Assembly: GCF_016433145.1 (NCBI RefSeq)
Contig: NC_058135.1
Span: forward strand, 21,692,056-21,756,055
Direction: 5' to 3'
DNA length: 64,000 nucleotides
Origin: Gracilinanus agilis
Taxonomy: Eukaryota
Shown here: positions 61,272-64,000 of the stretch, in pieces
Position numbering within the stretch: position 1 is the first letter of the stretch
Layout of the letters: each line of letters starts with the position of its first letter
Notes under the pieces: generated by a model
Told to the model about the DNA's origin: nothing
Database searches by the model: none
The model's input: the letters and a program-made list of their open reading frames with translations, nothing else
Program-made: the position numbers and the translations under genes

Positions 61272-62350
61272 TTATTTTTAAACCCTTACCTTCTGTCTAA
61301 GTATTGGTTCCAAGGCAGAAATGCAATAAGGACTAGGCAATTGGGGTTAAGTGTTTTGTCCAAAGTGTAACACCAATTTCTGCTAAGCAAAATGGAGAAC
61401 AGGATGAGTGACACCCAATAGTTTTAGAATTTAGAACCAACCCAGATACCATGAGCCAGAGGACAAAAAGCAGTTACTGGCAGGACTATAAAAGAGAGCA
61501 ACTGGATCAAAACTGTCTCTCATTCCTGAGAAGAGGACCTAGGTGGCTCGGTGGATAGGTCAGCCAAATCTGCTTAGATTACCTACATCCTGTTCCGACA
61601 GTTTTCACATCCTCAACTTCTGGACGAAGCTATTCTGTATACTAATCATTTGAACATCAAGGAAGATCAATATCGTCACTCAGTTAAACTGGTTAAGGCC
61701 AAAGGTGCTTGGCTTGGCCAGAGTGCCACGGAGAGGGGAAATCTCTCCAGCAGACAGTCTCAACCTGATTGTCCTGTGATTGACAACCTGAACATCAGTA
61801 GCCTAGTGAAGTTTTCCTCAATACCTCTTTGCTTAACCCTGATCCTTTCCCTAAATTTGTTACAATTAAATCTTAAAAGCCTGCTTAGATGAATCTCTTT
61901 ATTGTCTTAAGGATCATACTTTATATTCTTGGATCTGAAGGAAAGGGATTGCTTAACAAACCCAAATGGCAGTCACCAGCGTTATCCACTTATTAATACA
62001 ACTTTATCCATCAAACTAAACCCAAGATAAGCAGTCGGAGAAGCTGTGTGGTTCATTTCACAGCTTCTCACCTGATCACTTAGTTCTGGGCACTATTAGA
62101 TGGGAGGTGATAATTAGCTGAGCTTCAAATATTTTGTGGGACCTGGTGTTCATCTCGGCTTCCACCTTCACTCAGCTCAGGTCCTTATTATCATCAGAGG
62201 ACCTTGGGCCATTCTCTACTAGGCCCTGTCCAGTATCACCATACTGCCCATAACAAAGATCACACATCTAGGAAGTGTCTGAAAATCAGATTTGAACCCA
62301 GAACCTCCCATCTTCAGGTGTGACTTTCCAATGAATCACCTAGCTATCCC
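61272..62350 (-). mobile_element. Marsupial CORE-SINE split by an LTR
   Basis: ...ggcaattggggttaagtgttttgtccaaag [insert] atcacacatctaggaagtgtctgaaaatcagatttgaaccc rejoins to a continuous SINE. Confidence 0.85.
61366..62255 (+). mobile_element. Solo ERV LTR, about 890 bp
   Basis: TGTAACA...TAACA termini; TATA box ggacTATAAAAgagag at about 61485; ATTAAA at about 61865; caaag repeated at both junctions (61361-61365, 62254-62258); interrupts a SINE. Confidence 0.8.
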
Positions 62351-62399
62351 AGCTTTAGTTCTTGATTTGAGACATAGTGCCAGGCAGTGCTACTCTCCA

Positions 62400-63057
62400 C
62401 CCTCTTGAATGGAGTAGTCAGGACATCTTTGATCCTATCCCCTCTTTTTTGATCATTCTTGCTACTGGTTTCTCTCTTCCTTTTTCTCAGAACACTGTCA
62501 GACTTCAATATCCTCAGTCCATGTCTGGTGTAGGCTGTTTCTATTCAAGGCATGAAGTGATCTCTGATCTTACCTCATGTTTCCTTCATAAAAGATCTCT
62601 GTGATTATCTATAATCCTTTGAACTTCCTTCTATAGTATATTAAGTGTACTTCTGCTTTCCCCAAAACATTCATAAGCAAGGTATTGAATAGTCTCACCT
62701 CCCTGAGACTTCTCTAGTCAAAGAACTGGAAAATTTTTGCTCTTTCTCAAACTAAGACATTCCATCTCTTGGCTACAGGTATTTCCATTGGCTAATTCCC
62801 GTGCTTGGAATGTTCTCTCCCCTCAGCACCACATCATTGTTTCCCTGTCTTCAAGTCCCAACTAAAACCCCAATTTTTACAGGAAGACCTCCTAATTTCA
62901 GTCCCTCCTAATTCTAATGCTTTCCACTATGTTGCTTAATTCTCATTTATTCTGTGTATAGCTTTTTTGCATCTTCTCTCCTAATTCAAATGTGAGCTCT
63001 TTGTGGGAAAAGACTTTATTTTGCCTTTTTTTTTATTTCCAGCACATACTCTCTTGC
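62400..63057 (+). mobile_element. L2 fragments
   Basis: gctaattccccgtgcttggaatgttctctcccc...caagtcccaactaaaacc...tgtgagctctttgtgggaaaagact. Confidence 0.75.
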
Positions 63058-63070
63058 CTAGTGCTTCTTT

Positions 63071-63865
63071 TTTTTAAGATTTAAATATTTTATATTTTTG
63101 GAAAAATTTTCCATGGTTACATGATTCGTGTTTTTACTTTTCCCTTCATTCCCCCTCAAGACCCCTCATATCAAATGCACATTTCCACTGGTTTTAACAT
63201 GTGTCATTAATCAAGACTTATTTACATATTATTGATAGTTGCATTGGTGTGGGTCATTTCAAGTCTACATCCCCAATCATGTCCACATCAACCCATGTTT
63301 TCAAGTGGTTGTTTTTCTTCTGTGTTTCCACTTCGTAGTTCTTCCTCTGAATGTTGGTAGTGTTCTTTTCCATAAATCCCTCAGAATTGTCCTGGGTCAT
63401 TGCATTACTGCTAGTACAAAGTCCATTACATTCAATTTTACCACAGTGTATTGGTCTCTGTGTACAATGTTCTTCTGGCTCTGCTTCTTTCACTCTGCAT
63501 CAATTCCTGGAGGTCTTTCCAGTTCACATAGAATTCCTCCAGTTTATTATTCCTTTGAGCACAATAGTATTCCATCACTAGCATATACCACAATTTGTTC
63601 AGCCATTCCCCAATTGAAGGGCATCCCCTCATTTTCCAGTTTTTTGCCACCACAAAAAGCACAACTATAAATATTTTTGTGCAAGTCTGTTTATCTATGA
63701 TCTCTTTGGGGTACAAGCCCAACAGTGGTATGGCTGTATCAAAGGGTAGGCATTCTGTTATAGCCCTTTGAGCATCGTTCCATATTGCCAGCCAGAATGG
63801 TTGGATCAGTTCACAACTCCACCAGCAATGCATGAATGTCCCAATTTTGTCACATCCCCTCCAAA
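63071..63865 (-). mobile_element. Young 5'-truncated L1 (0.8 kb) with 13-bp TSD
   Basis: ORF 63438-63833 is an uninterrupted ORF2 C-terminus (MHCWWSCELIQPFWLAIWN...RTLYTETNTLW); TSD ctagtgcttcttt at 63058-63070 and 63866-63878. Confidence 0.97.
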
Positions 63866-64000
63866 CTAGTGCTTCTTTAATCAGGGTGCTACTGCTTCTA
63901 TTCCTCTACCCCAAGTGATGTTTCCTGAATCATTATACTAGCTGTTCTTCTGAACTCTTTGGGGTTTCCTTAATCAGGAGTGTTTTGTCCACTCTTTGAG

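Overview
This is 64 kb of AT-rich, CpG-poor, repeat-dense mammalian DNA. The repeat set points to a marsupial, most likely a didelphid opossum (Monodelphis-like): SINE1_Mdo-type CORE-SINEs, MAR1-type SINEs with RTE tails, opossum-type L1 3' ends, RTE, L2, MIR and CR1/L3. This is inferred from remembered consensus sequences, not from a database search. Most of the window is nested, fragmented transposons: old L2/MIR/CR1, old and young L1, several solo-LTR-like elements, and one Tigger-like MITE. It also has microsatellites and three N gaps. All recognisable ORFs in the supplied track are L1 ORF2 or RTE remnants; I recognise no named gene, no RNA gene other than SINE heads, and no CRISPR array or prokaryotic system. 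The best non-repeat signal is a chain of minus-strand exon-like segments (about 35.5 kb, 14.5 kb, 6.55 kb, 1.3 kb and 0.45 kb). One way of splicing them gives a signal peptide followed by an RKRR furin site and a Ser/Thr-rich segment, but a second frame is also open, so this is only a hypothesis. Several small mutational events can be read directly from the sequence: a templated insertion into an RTE, a micro fold-back triplication, microsatellite birth between direct repeats, and nested insertions with target-site duplications (TSDs). Boundaries of old repeats are approximate (tens of bp); TSD-defined boundaries are exact.
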